A stretch of 64,000 nt of DNA, taken from NCBI GenBank assembly GCA_963749075.1, contig CAVVLJ010000016.1:1056001-1120000 (forward strand). Reading direction: 5' to 3'. The stretch comes from an uncultured Pseudomonadota bacterium. GTDB lineage: Bacteria; Pseudomonadota; Alphaproteobacteria; JACZXZ01. Position 1 is the first letter of the stretch, and each line of letters opens with the position of its first letter. Made by a program: the position numbers and the translations under genes. Of the stretch, positions 31,148 through 41,081 are shown piece after piece. The notes beneath the pieces are model-generated. The model ran no database searches. It was given only the letters and a program-made list of their open reading frames with translations, and was not told the DNA's origin.

Positions 31148-32671
31148 TCAAAGATCGGCGCCCGAGTAGGAGCAGTTGAAGGACTTATTGCAGAGCGGGA
31201 AGTCCGCGACGATGTTGTTGAGGATGGCGGCCTCGAGGAGCGGCCACTGCAGCACCGAGGGGTCGCGCGCGTGGCAGCGCACGACGCGGCCGTCCTCGCC
31301 GAGCCGCACCCAGGTGAGGATGTCGCCGCGGAAGCCCTCGACGAGGGCGCTGCCCTCGCCGGCGCGAGGCGAGAGCTCGGTCTTGACCGGGCCAGGCGGC
31401 AGGTGTGCCAAGATGTGCTCGACCAGGCCGAGGCTCGCGTCGATCTCCTCCATGCGGAGCTGCACGCGTGCATTCACGTCGCCCTCGCTCAGCACCGGCA
31501 CCGTGAAGTCGAGCTCGTCATAGGGCGGATAGGGTGCCGCCTTGCGCGCATCGAAGCCGCGCGAGGACGCGCGGCCCACGTAGCCGCCCGCCGCGAAGCG
31601 GTGCACGAGCGCCGCCGAGACGGTGCCGGTCGCGACCGTGCGGTCGAGCAGCGAGGGCTTGTTGTCGTAAATCTCGGCGAGCGGCGGGAAGTCGCGGCGG
31701 AGCGCCTGCGCGAGCTCGCCGAGGCGGTGCCGGCCCTCGGCCGCCAGGTCCACGGCGACGCCGCCGGGGACGACCCTGTCCATCATGAGGCGGTGGCCGA
31801 AGGCGGCGGCCGCCGCCTGCAAGGTGCGCTCGCGCAGCACGCCGCAGTGGGCGTGCATGAAGGCGAAGGCGGCGTCGTTGCACACGGCACCCACGTCGCC
31901 CACGTGGTTCGCTATGCGCTCGAGCTCCGCCATGAGCGCGCGCAGCCAATGGCCACGCGCCGGCACGCTCGCGCCGAGCGCCGCCTCGACGGCGCGCGCG
32001 AAGGCGAGCGAGTGGCCAACCGTGCTGTCGCCCGAGATGCGCGCCGCGAGACGCGCCGCGTCGCCCACCTCGCGGCCCGCCATGAGGCGCTCGGTGCCCT
32101 TGTGGACGTAGCCGAGCCGCGCCTCGAGCCGCACCACCGTCTCGCCGCTGGCGTGAAAGCGGAAGTGCCCCGGCTCGATGATGCCGGCATGGACGGGCCC
32201 GACCGGGATCTGATGAAGCGCCTCGCCCTCGGCGGCGAGGAAGGCATATTCGCTCGCGGGCCGTGCCGTGGCCGGCTCGGGCCGCGTCGACAGCGGGTGG
32301 CGCAGCGCCCATTGCCCGTGGTCGAGCCAGGGGCGCGCGTCGACGAGCCCGTCGGCCGTAAGGCCGCTCAAGTCCTGGATCGCGCGCTCGAGCCGGATGG
32401 CGCCCGGACGCACGGCCGAGAGCGAGGGAAAGCGCCCCTCCGGACAGGGCAGCGAGACGATGGCGAGCGCCTTGCTCGCCTCCTCGAAAACCGCCGCGTG
32501 AACTTCGGCGGGCTCGGCCCAGAGGGCGAGGAGCGCCCAGTCGGTCTGCCCGAGCCGTGCGATGAGAGTTTGCCAGCCGTCCGGAGAAAGGCGCACGCGC
32601 GGCCAGGGGCCATGCTCCGGCACCGGCGTGCCCAGGCCGAGGAAGCCCGGGAGATCGGCAGCGTCGCTCAT
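31148..32671 (-). CDS. hyfG: Ehr/hydrogenase-4-like large subunit (NuoC+NuoD-like) lacking NiFe-binding motifs
   Basis: GPVHAGIIEPGHFRF, GYVHKG, ARISGDS (no CxxC), C-terminal DFPLCNKSFNCSYSGADL. Confidence 0.88.
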   Translation of the reverse strand: MSDAADLPGFLGLGTPVPEHGPWPRVRLSPDGWQTLIARLGQTDWALLALWAEPAEVHAAVFEEASKALAIVSLPCPEGRFPSLSAVRPGAIRLERAIQDLSGLTADGLVDARPWLDHGQWALRHPLSTRPEPATARPASEYAFLAAEGEALHQIPVGPVHAGIIEPGHFRFHASGETVVRLEARLGYVHKGTERLMAGREVGDAARLAARISGDSTVGHSLAFARAVEAALGASVPARGHWLRALMAELERIANHVGDVGAVCNDAAFAFMHAHCGVLRERTLQAAAAAFGHRLMMDRVVPGGVAVDLAAEGRHRLGELAQALRRDFPPLAEIYDNKPSLLDRTVATGTVSAALVHRFAAGGYVGRASSRGFDARKAAPYPPYDELDFTVPVLSEGDVNARVQLRMEEIDASLGLVEHILAHLPPGPVKTELSPRAGEGSALVEGFRGDILTWVRLGEDGRVVRCHARDPSVLQWPLLEAAILNNIVADFPLCNKSFNCSYSGADL

Positions 32672-32870
32672 CCGGTTCTCCTCTTCCGGGCGGCAACCGG
32701 GAGACCCGGTTTCGCCCGATCAATACCGGCTCTCGCGGAGGGCCGCAATGGCCTGATGGCGCAGCGCCGCGAGCCGCCGGGTGCGGCCCGGCGCAAGCTT
32801 GTACGGATCGGACAATGTGGTAGATAATCGCCCGGCGTCACGGAACGGCCGCTTTTGCAAGGTGGGGGCG

Positions 32871-35094
32871 ATGGCCGAGTTCGACCCGCGGTTCCTGGAT
32901 ATTCTCCGCAAGCGGATCGCGTGGATGCGGCAGAACGGGAAATTGCTGCCCGAAGCCAAGCTCAAGGAGCACTACCGCAGCTTCGCCGGCCGTTTCGGGC
33001 CCGAGCGCCTGGCGAGCGTGAACGGCGAGCCGCTGCTCCGGCTCATGCACCAGCGCCAGTCGCCGAACTCCTTGCTGCACTGGCTCGAGACCAAGGACGA
33101 CGCCGAATTCCCCAAGGGCATCGGCAGCATGATGGGCGAGAGTGCCACGAGCTACGGCGTCTATCAGTCGGCTTCCGGCGGCGCCTGGCTCAAGGACGGG
33201 CCACGGGGGGACGAGGAGATTCTCGCTGCGCGAGGCGGTCGGCTTCGCCGAGGCGCAGCGCGACGAGCTCTTGCGCGGCTGCGAGCTCCTGCGCGCGCTG
33301 CCGCCCGAGGCCGGCGACGACGAATACGCGAACCTCGATGCGGAGATGGGCCAGTTGGCCCACAGCGTGAGCGGCACTGCCTGGGGCCACCGCTACTTCA
33401 CCCTCGTCCATCCCGAGAAGCTGGATCACTTCCACAGCCCCGTCTACCAGCGCTTCCACCTCATCAAGTCGCTGCAGCTGCCGCCGGAGGAGACCGGGCG
33501 CTACGCCTGCGCGGGACGCTTCGTGGCGCTTGCGCGCGCGCTCGAAGTGCCCATGAGCCACCTCGTCACGATGCTCAACTACCGCAATGGCCGGCCGCAC
33601 GGCTATTGGCGCGTCTGGGCCGAGGAGGAGGACGGCGACAAGGGCTCCTGGCTCCTCATGCAGGCGCGCTCATGCATGGCCATCGGCTGGCCGGCGCTCG
33701 GCAATCTCGATTGGCTGCTCGACGAGAATGCCGACGAGGACAGGCTCACCCAGCTCCTGCAGCAGCACTATCCGACCAATCCGCGCGCCATCGGCCATGC
33801 GCGGCGGCAGATCCTGAATTTCATCCTGCGCGCAAGGCCGGGCGACTTCGTCGTGGCCGCCGACGGCAGGGGCAACCTCGGCATCGGCCGCGTCAAGGGC
33901 AACTACAGCTTCGACGCCAACGCGGCATTTCCCCATCAGCGGCAGGTCGAGTGGCTGAACCTGGAAACCTGGCTGATGCCGGAGACGGAGGCGCCGCGCA
34001 CGATCTTCTGGCAGCTCCTCAACCAGCTCAACCTGATCGCCGTCGAGCGGCGCCTTGCCGGCCTCTCGCCGCCGCCGGCGGTGCCGCGCGGGCGCATGGT
34101 CGATACCTCGCCGGTGGTGGCGCGCATCCGCTCGGCGCTGCAGCGCAAGGGCCAGGTGATCCTTCACGGACCGCCGGGGACGGGAAAGACCCATTGGGCG
34201 CTGCGCGCCGCCTTCCAGCTCAGCACGCGGGAGGAGCCTCCCGGCAAGGTCGAGTTCTGCGCCTTCCATGCCGGCTTCGGCTACGAGGACTTCATCGAGG
34301 GGCTGCGCCCTGCGCCGCTCGAGGCGGGCGCCGGCTTCCGCCTCGAGGACGGCGTCTTCAAGAGGCTGTGCGCGGCGGCGGAGGAGGAGCCCAACCGCAA
34401 TTTCTATCTGGTCATCGACGACATCAACCGGGGCGACGTTCCGCGCATCTTCGGCGAGCTCATGACCGTCATCGAGAAGAACAAGCGCAGCCTCGACGTG
34501 ATGCTGCCGCTGAGCAAGACGCATTTCTCGGTGCCGGAGAACGTCCTCCTCATCGGCACGATGAATACGGCGAGCCGCGCGGTATCGGCGTTCGACGCGG
34601 CGCTGCGCCGGCGCTTCGCCTTCATCGAGTTGATGCCCGACGCCTCGGTCCTGGGAGACGCGGAGATCGAGGGCATCCGGCTCGCCTCGCTCATGGAGGA
34701 GCTCAACCGCAGGATCCTCGCCCACGTCGCCGCCGACGCGCGGCATTTCCAGGTCGGCCAGTCCTATTTCCTGCGCAGCGAGCAGCCGATCGGGGATTTC
34801 ACCTCGCTCGCCGAAGTGCTGCAGAACGAGATCGTTCCCCTCCTCGAGGAGTACTGCGGTCACGACTTCGCGGCGCTCGAGGACGTGCTCGGAGCGGAGC
34901 TGATCGACAAGCCGCGCCTGCGCGTCCGTCACGAGATGTTCGAGCGGCCGTCTTGGGAGAGGCTCACCGAGATCCTGCGGGAGATCGCCGGGGCGGGTGC
35001 CGCCGTGGCGGAGCCCGAGCAGAGTTCGACGACCCGTGCGGCGCTGAAGCGCCTCTCCAGCTCCACCGGCGAGGGCCCGCCCGCTATTGCGTGA
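32871..35094 (+). CDS. McrB-like AAA+ GTPase with long N-terminal domains, +1 frameshift near 33220
   Basis: GPPGTGKT, FHAGFGYEDFIEG, IDDINRG..RIFGEL, GTMNTASR, DAALRRRF, IVPLLEEY; N-terminus in ORF 32781.., remainder in ORF 33142..35094. Confidence 0.85.
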
Positions 35095-35329
35095 GCGTCT
35101 GCCAGCCGCTGCCCCAGCTCTCGGGGCCGGGGATGGCATCCACCCAGGTCGCGATCAGCACGACCCAGATCAGGATGGCGCCCATCGCGATGAGCGGGCG
35201 GCCGTAGTTTCGCGCGTAAAGGAATCCCATGAGGGCGGCGAAGATGAGCGCCTTCCAGGTCGCGACCTGAAGAAAGACGAGTGCCGCCGTGAAAACACCG
35301 GCAAAGAGCACCGTCTCGAACCCGGCCAT
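35084..35329 (-). CDS. small hypothetical membrane protein (81 aa)
   Basis: GGGGGAG RBS, 2-3 hydrophobic helices, stop overlaps the convergent McrB-like gene. Confidence 0.6.
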   Translation of the reverse strand: MAGFETVLFAGVFTAALVFLQVATWKALIFAALMGFLYARNYGRPLIAMGAILIWVVLIATWVDAIPGPESWGSGWQTLTQ

Positions 35330-35464
35330 CACTCCCCCCTCGACGCGCAGCACGGGGACCATCGCTCGGCTGCCGAAGCGGCAAGGCGCCCGCGGCCGCG
35401 CGACCGATTATCCATGACCCTCCGGCCGCGGACAAGCAACCTTAGCCGCACCATGGCAGCGGCG

Positions 35465-36898
35465 CTAGCCCAGGAGCCGCGCCACGTTCTGGAACCAGCT
35501 CACCAGCGCCGCCGGAAGATAGAGACCGGCCACCAGCACGAGCGCCAGATGCACTGCGAGCGGCACGAGCGTCGCGGTGCGCGCCGGACCGCCGCCTTCG
35601 CCCGCCCCGAAGGCGAGGCCTTGCAGGCGGAGGAGGAGCGCTCCGAAGCCCACGAGCAGGCCGACGATGAGCGGGACGGCGAGGAGAGGTGCTCGCGCGA
35701 AGGTCGAGCTCACCACCAGGAACTCGCTCATGAAGACGCCGAACGGCGGCAGGCCGGCGATCGCCACGACGCCTACGACGAGGGCCCAGCCGAGCAGCGG
35801 CTGGCTCGCGGTGAGGCCGCGGATCTCGGCGATCTTCTGCGTGCCCTTGATCTGCGTGGCGTGGCCGACGGCGAAGAAGATCGCGGATTTGGTCAGGCTG
35901 TGCATGGTCATATGGAGGAGCCCCGCGAAATTGGCGAGCGCTCCGCCCATGCCGAAGGCGAAGGTGATGATGCCCATGTGCTCGATCGACGAATAGGCGA
36001 AGAGGCGCTTGATGTCGCGCCGCCGGTAGAGCATGAAGCTCGCGAGGAGGAGCGAGCTCAGGCCCATGCCGATCATGAGCGGCCCGGGTGCGATCGCCTG
36101 GGGATTGCCCGCCAGCAGTATCTTGAAGCGCAGCACCGCGTAGAGGGCCACGTTCAGTAGGAGCCCCGAGAGCACCGCCGAGATCGGCGTCGGACCTTCC
36201 GCATGCGCGTCGGGGAGCCAGGCGTGGAGCGGTGCCAACCCGACCTTGGTGCCGTAGCCGACGAGGAGGAAGACGAAGGCGAGATTGAGGATCGCCGGGC
36301 TGAACTTGCCGACCTCGGGGAGGAGCGTCGACCAGGTCATGGCGGGGAGGCCGGCGCCGACCACGGGCTCCGCCGCGAGATACATGAGCGTGGTGCCGAA
36401 GAGCGCCAAGGCGATGCCCACGCCGCAGAGGATGAAATACTTCCACGACGCCTCGAGTGCCGCCGGCGTGCGATAGAGCCCGACCATGAGCACGGTGGTG
36501 AGCGTGGCGCCCTCGACGGCCACCCACATGACGCCGAGATTGTTGGCCGAGAGCGCCAGCAGCATGGTGAAGATGAAGCCCTGGAACATCGAGTGGTAGA
36601 AGCGGACGTAGCGCGCGTCGAGCCGCCCGATCGCGATCTCGTGGAGGATGTAGTGCTGGCTGAAGAGGCTCGTGGTGAAGGCGACGAAGGCGGTGAGCGC
36701 CAGGAGATAGATGTTGAAGTCGTCGATCAGGAAGAAGGGCGTCGTCGCCGGCCGCACCGCGAAGGGCACCAGGCTGGCGGCGAACGTCAGCGCGGAGGCG
36801 AGGACGTTGAGCCGCGCCGCGATCCTGTAGGAGGGGATGGCCGCGAAGAGGAGCGCCGCGAGCACGGGCGTGCCGAGTATGAGGACGAGGGGGTTCAT
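35465..36898 (-). CDS. hyfF: hydrogenase-4 subunit F (antiporter-like)
   Basis: EASWKYFILCG, GYGTKVGLAPLHAWLPDAHAEGP, KRLFAYSSIEHMG. Confidence 0.9.
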   Translation of the reverse strand: MNPLVLILGTPVLAALLFAAIPSYRIAARLNVLASALTFAASLVPFAVRPATTPFFLIDDFNIYLLALTAFVAFTTSLFSQHYILHEIAIGRLDARYVRFYHSMFQGFIFTMLLALSANNLGVMWVAVEGATLTTVLMVGLYRTPAALEASWKYFILCGVGIALALFGTTLMYLAAEPVVGAGLPAMTWSTLLPEVGKFSPAILNLAFVFLLVGYGTKVGLAPLHAWLPDAHAEGPTPISAVLSGLLLNVALYAVLRFKILLAGNPQAIAPGPLMIGMGLSSLLLASFMLYRRRDIKRLFAYSSIEHMGIITFAFGMGGALANFAGLLHMTMHSLTKSAIFFAVGHATQIKGTQKIAEIRGLTASQPLLGWALVVGVVAIAGLPPFGVFMSEFLVVSSTFARAPLLAVPLIVGLLVGFGALLLRLQGLAFGAGEGGGPARTATLVPLAVHLALVLVAGLYLPAALVSWFQNVARLLG

Positions 36899-37569
36899 CC
36901 GCCGCGCTCGCCGCGGAAGCGCTCGAGGTGATGGACGTCGAGCGTGTCGAAGCGCTCGCGGATGTGGAAGAAAAAGATGCCGAAGATGATGAAGGCGACC
37001 ATCACGGAGAAGGCGATGGAGAGCTCGACCACGAACGGCATGCCCTTCACGCCGACCGCGGCCAGGATGAGGCCGTTCTCGAGCGACATGAAGCCCACGA
37101 CCTGGCTCACCGCATTGCGCCGGCTGATCATCATGAGCAGTCCGAGCAGCACCACCGAGAGTGCCGTCGCCAGGCTTTCGCGCGTGAGCGCTCCGGCCGC
37201 AACCGTCACCGGGAGGACGAGGAGGATGGAGAGCGCCACCAGCGCCATGCCCCCGACCATCGTGGGACCGACGCCGATCACCGTCTCGATGGTGCGGTGG
37301 ATGCGCAAGGCGACGATGATGCGGTGGAGGGCCAGGGGGATGATGATGGCCTTGAGGACGAGGGCGATGCCGGCGGTGATGTAGAGGTGCGGGGCGTTCT
37401 GCGCATGGGCCTGCCAGGCCGCCGCCGCCGCGAGCACGAAGGCCTGCCAGGCATAGGTCTTGATCACGCCGAAGAGACGCCTCTGATAGAGCAGGGCGAA
37501 GCTCAGGAGAAGCACGCCCGTGTCGAGGAGATGGGCGGTATCGTAGGCGGTGTTCGCGAAGCTCGGCAT
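36895..37569 (-). CDS. hyfE: hydrogenase-4 subunit E
   Basis: KAIIIP, QVVGFMSLENG, GMPFVVE, IRERFDTLDV. Confidence 0.88.
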   Translation of the reverse strand: MPSFANTAYDTAHLLDTGVLLLSFALLYQRRLFGVIKTYAWQAFVLAAAAAWQAHAQNAPHLYITAGIALVLKAIIIPLALHRIIVALRIHRTIETVIGVGPTMVGGMALVALSILLVLPVTVAAGALTRESLATALSVVLLGLLMMISRRNAVSQVVGFMSLENGLILAAVGVKGMPFVVELSIAFSVMVAFIIFGIFFFHIRERFDTLDVHHLERFRGERGG

Positions 37570-38516
37570 CAGAGGCCCTGCGAGACGTAAAGGAACACCG
37601 CGGCGAGGAGGCCGAGGAGGAGAGCTCCGCCGAGGAGCTCGCCCACCCGGAAGACGCGCATCTTGGCGATGCTCGTCTCGAAGAGGCCGAGCAGCACGCC
37701 GCCCGCCGCGAGCTTGCCGAGATAGGCGGCAATGCCGATCGCCAAGCTGCGGCCGCCGCCCGCCTCGAGCGCCAGGCCCCAGGGGGCGAAGAGGCAGGCG
37801 ACGAGCGAGATGTAGAGCACCAGCTTGAGCATCGCCGCGGCCTCGATGAGCGCCAGATGGCGACCGGAATATTCCAGCACCATGGCCTCGTGCACCATGG
37901 TGAGCTCGAGGTGGGTCGCCGGATTGTCGACCGGGATGCGGCCGTTCTCGGCGATCGCCACCATCATGAGCGAGACCGCGGCTAGCCCGAGCGAGACGCG
38001 GATGCCCACGCCGTGCGTCAGCACGAACTCGGCGATGTGCGGCAGCGAGGTCGTGCGCACGAGGAGCGCCATGGTGAAGATCACCATCAGCATGGCGGGC
38101 TCGGCGAGCGAGGCGATCATCATCTCGCGGCTGGCGCCGATGCCGCCGAAGCTCGTGCCCGCGTCGATCCCGGCAAGGGCGAGGAGGAAGCGCGCGCTGC
38201 CGAGGAGTGCTACGAGTGCGATGAGGTCCGCGGTGGGGGCGAGGATGAGGCCCGTGGCGAAAGTCGGCACGATGGCGGCGGCGAGCCACACGGCGGTGAA
38301 GATGAGATAGGGGCTCACACGGAAGAGCCAGGAGGCGTTCTCGGCCAGCACGACCTCCTTGCCGAGGAGGCGCCGGAGGTCGCGGTAGGGCTGGATGAGC
38401 GAGGGACCGCGGCGGCCGAGCAGGCGCGCCTTGACGAGGCGCACGAGGCCGCAGAGGAGCGGCGCCACCGCGACCGTGAGGGCGAGCTGAAGAATCTCGA
38501 GCGCCAAGGCTCTCAT
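37569..38516 (-). CDS. hyfC: hydrogenase-4 subunit C (NuoH-like)
   Basis: RRGPSLIQPYRDL, FGGIGASRE, ENGRIPVDNPATHLELTMVHEAM. Confidence 0.9.
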   Translation of the reverse strand: MRALALEILQLALTVAVAPLLCGLVRLVKARLLGRRGPSLIQPYRDLRRLLGKEVVLAENASWLFRVSPYLIFTAVWLAAAIVPTFATGLILAPTADLIALVALLGSARFLLALAGIDAGTSFGGIGASREMMIASLAEPAMLMVIFTMALLVRTTSLPHIAEFVLTHGVGIRVSLGLAAVSLMMVAIAENGRIPVDNPATHLELTMVHEAMVLEYSGRHLALIEAAAMLKLVLYISLVACLFAPWGLALEAGGGRSLAIGIAAYLGKLAAGGVLLGLFETSIAKMRVFRVGELLGGALLLGLLAAVFLYVSQGL

Positions 38517-40519
38517 TGGCTCACCGCGATCAGCACGAGCAGGATCACGAGCGCCGCGAACATCAGGCTGAGATAGCGCCTGATGGTGAGGAACTGCGTC
38601 GCATTGAGCCTGTCCGCGAGGTAGGAGACGAGGCGCTGGATGGGCACATAGATGCCCTCCCAGGCGGGATCGCGGAGCGTCGCCTCGAAATGCGCCGGCC
38701 GCGGATCGCCGGGCTCGGGCATGTCCACCTGCTCGCGGGCGGCGAAGGCGACCGTGCCGAAGACGCGGCGGATCGGCTGGGCGAAGCTCGCGGCGCTGTA
38801 CTGAGTCTCCGGCCGCGCATCGGGAAAGCCGCAGTCCCAGGCTGGAGCGCGCCGCACGCGGTTGGAGGCGAAGCGGTGGATGACGAGCACCAGGACGCCG
38901 GCGAGGAGGCCCACGGCCACGAGCACGATGAAGCCGCTATAGGAGCTGCGCTCGATGCCGAGCGGCACGAGCAGAAGCCAGCTCGTGTCCGCGAGCGGCG
39001 GCGCCGGCGTCGCGATGAGCTCGCCCACGACCGGGCGCAGAAGTGCGACTACCACGGACGGCAGCACGCCGAGCGCCACGCAGAGTGCCGCGAGGCCCGC
39101 GAGCGGCGCCAGCATGACGCTCCCCACCTCCCGCGCTGCGCCGGCGGCAGCACTCCGCGCGCGGCCGAGGAAGACGATGCCGAAGGCCTTCACGAAACAG
39201 ACGGCCGCGAGTGCCGCGGAGAGCGCCAGCGCAGCCCCCACCACCGGCACGGCAAATTTGGGCATCCAGGCGGCCAGGCGCGAGCCCTCGAGGATCGCCT
39301 GAAAGGTGAGCCACTCGGAGACGAAGCCGTTGAACGGCGGCAGCGCCGAGATGGCGGCGGAGCCGATGAGGAAGGTGAAGGCGGTCACCGGCATGCGGTG
39401 GATGAGCCCGCCCAGGCGCTCCATGTCGCGCTCCCCCGTCGCCTTGAGCACGGCGCCCGCGCCGAAGAAGAGCAGGCTCTTGAAGATCGCGTGATTGAGC
39501 ACGTGGAAGAGTGCGGCGGTGAGCGCCAGCGCCGCGAACGCCGGCAGCGCCTCGGCGCGGAAGGCGAGCGCCAGGCCGAGGCCGATCACGATGATGCCGA
39601 TGTTCTCGACCGTGTGATAGGCGAGCAGGCGCTTGAGGTCGTGCTGCATCAGCGCATAGAGCACGCCCAGGACCGCAGTCAAGCCGCCGAGGAGGAGGAC
39701 CGCCGTGCCCCACCACGGCTGCGGCGCGCCGACAAGGTCGAAGAGGATGCGCACGAGGCCGTAGATCGCGACCTTGGTCATCACCCCGCTCATCAGCGCC
39801 GAGACGTGGCTGGGTGCGGCCGGATGCGCGAGCGGCAGCCAGACGTGAAGCGGCACGAGGCCGGCCTTGGAGCCCGCGCCGATGAGCGCCAGCACGAGCA
39901 CGCCCGCGGCCATGAGCGGCGTCAGATGGTGGGCGCGAATCGCGGCGAAGCTGTAATCGCCCCCGGCGCCCGCGAGCAGCCCGAAGGCGAGGAGGAGTGC
40001 GATCGTGCCGGCAGAGGCCATGACGATGTAGACGTAGGCCGCGTGGCGGGTGTCGGCCTCCTCGTGGGTCGCGAGCACGAGAAGCCACGAGCTCAGCGAC
40101 ATGAATTCCCAGGCGAGGAGAAAGATGAAGGCGTCGTCGGCCACCACCACGAGGCTCATGCCGGCGAGGAAGAGCGGATAGAACGGCAGCACCCGCTCGG
40201 GCTCGCCCTCGTGCCGTGCGTATTGCCAGGCGAAGAGGCTCGCGGCGGCACCTATGAGGTTGACGACGAAGAGGAAATAGCCCGAGAGCCGGTCGAGCGA
40301 GAGATGCCCGGAGAGCCATGGCAGCCCGATGGGGAGCGTCAGGCTCTCGGCGCCGCCGCCGCGGCCGATGCTGAGAAGTGCTGCCGCCGCGAGCAGGCCG
40401 CAGGCGGCGAGCGAGCCGCCGTAGACGACGTCGTGGGCGCGCGGCAGCCGTGCTCCGGCCATGCCGACCGGGCTCAGCGCCAGAAGTCCCAGGATGGCGC
40501 CTGCGACGGTCGACAGCAT
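38513..40519 (-). CDS. hyfB: hydrogenase-4 subunit B (antiporter-like)
   Basis: WEFMSLSS, KAGLVPLHVWLPLAHPAAPSHVSA, KRLLAYHTVENIG, APAWDCG. Confidence 0.9.
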   Translation of the reverse strand: MLSTVAGAILGLLALSPVGMAGARLPRAHDVVYGGSLAACGLLAAAALLSIGRGGGAESLTLPIGLPWLSGHLSLDRLSGYFLFVVNLIGAAASLFAWQYARHEGEPERVLPFYPLFLAGMSLVVVADDAFIFLLAWEFMSLSSWLLVLATHEEADTRHAAYVYIVMASAGTIALLLAFGLLAGAGGDYSFAAIRAHHLTPLMAAGVLVLALIGAGSKAGLVPLHVWLPLAHPAAPSHVSALMSGVMTKVAIYGLVRILFDLVGAPQPWWGTAVLLLGGLTAVLGVLYALMQHDLKRLLAYHTVENIGIIVIGLGLALAFRAEALPAFAALALTAALFHVLNHAIFKSLLFFGAGAVLKATGERDMERLGGLIHRMPVTAFTFLIGSAAISALPPFNGFVSEWLTFQAILEGSRLAAWMPKFAVPVVGAALALSAALAAVCFVKAFGIVFLGRARSAAAGAAREVGSVMLAPLAGLAALCVALGVLPSVVVALLRPVVGELIATPAPPLADTSWLLLVPLGIERSSYSGFIVLVAVGLLAGVLVLVIHRFASNRVRRAPAWDCGFPDARPETQYSAASFAQPIRRVFGTVAFAAREQVDMPEPGDPRPAHFEATLRDPAWEGIYVPIQRLVSYLADRLNATQFLTIRRYLSLMFAALVILLVLIAVSQ

Positions 40520-40677
40520 GGAGCCAGAACCTCTCACGCACGCTTCGGCGGAACAGTCGTGCTCGCCGGACAAGGCGATCCCGCGTCGCTTCGACGGCGC
40601 TGCGAGGGGATGCCGCATGGCTGTCGCGGCTGAACGCGCCGCGGACGGCGTGCAGCATCAAGATCGCGGCGCGGACC

Positions 40678-40704
40678 CTAATATGGCAGAGCCCCCAGCG
40701 TCAA
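40678..40704 (-). promoter_or_regulatory. possible sigma70 promoter of the hyf/ehr operon
   Basis: Minus strand TTGACG...GCCATATT, resembling alphaproteobacterial housekeeping promoters. Confidence 0.3.
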
Positions 40705-41081
40705 TGCGGACGAGAGACGGCAGCCGGCATGGGTGCGGCCATGCGCTGTCCCGAGGGCGGACTTTTATCCCCCTCTTATTCCGAATCAACGCTTGCCTGC
40801 CCGCATATGGCAGGTTACGGTTGCCACGCGCAGTGCGAGTGCTCAAGACCCAAGAGAGGCCTCACGGGCCGCTGCGGTCAGGGGAAGAGGCGGGCGGAGC
40901 ACGGGAGGGGGCCGGACGCTGACCGGCGCCGCGGCACGATGAGCCGGAGGCGGCCGTCAGACAGCCTGGCCAATCGCCGGAGGGTGCGGCGCGCGGCCAA
41001 CATGCCGCGCGGGAGGCGCGTTGTGTCGAGGGCGCGCCTCTGTGCATTCCGGACGCAGAGAGGACGGGAGGTGGCGGCAAC

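Noticed and set aside
31148-32671. Functional [NiFe] hydrogenase / formate hydrogenlyase
   Set aside because: Both Ni-binding CxxC motifs are missing and no maturation genes are in the window.
33205-33210. G6 tract as a phase-variation switch for the McrB-like gene
   Set aside because: The tract is short, shifting there gives rare AGG-AGA codons, and the adjacent GATTC matches the context of the other five frameshifts. Not fully excluded without reads.
40520-41081. Long hyfB-M23 intergenic region as a riboswitch or sRNA
   Set aside because: Only short hairpins and promoter-like hexamers are visible; no recognisable family without an Infernal search.
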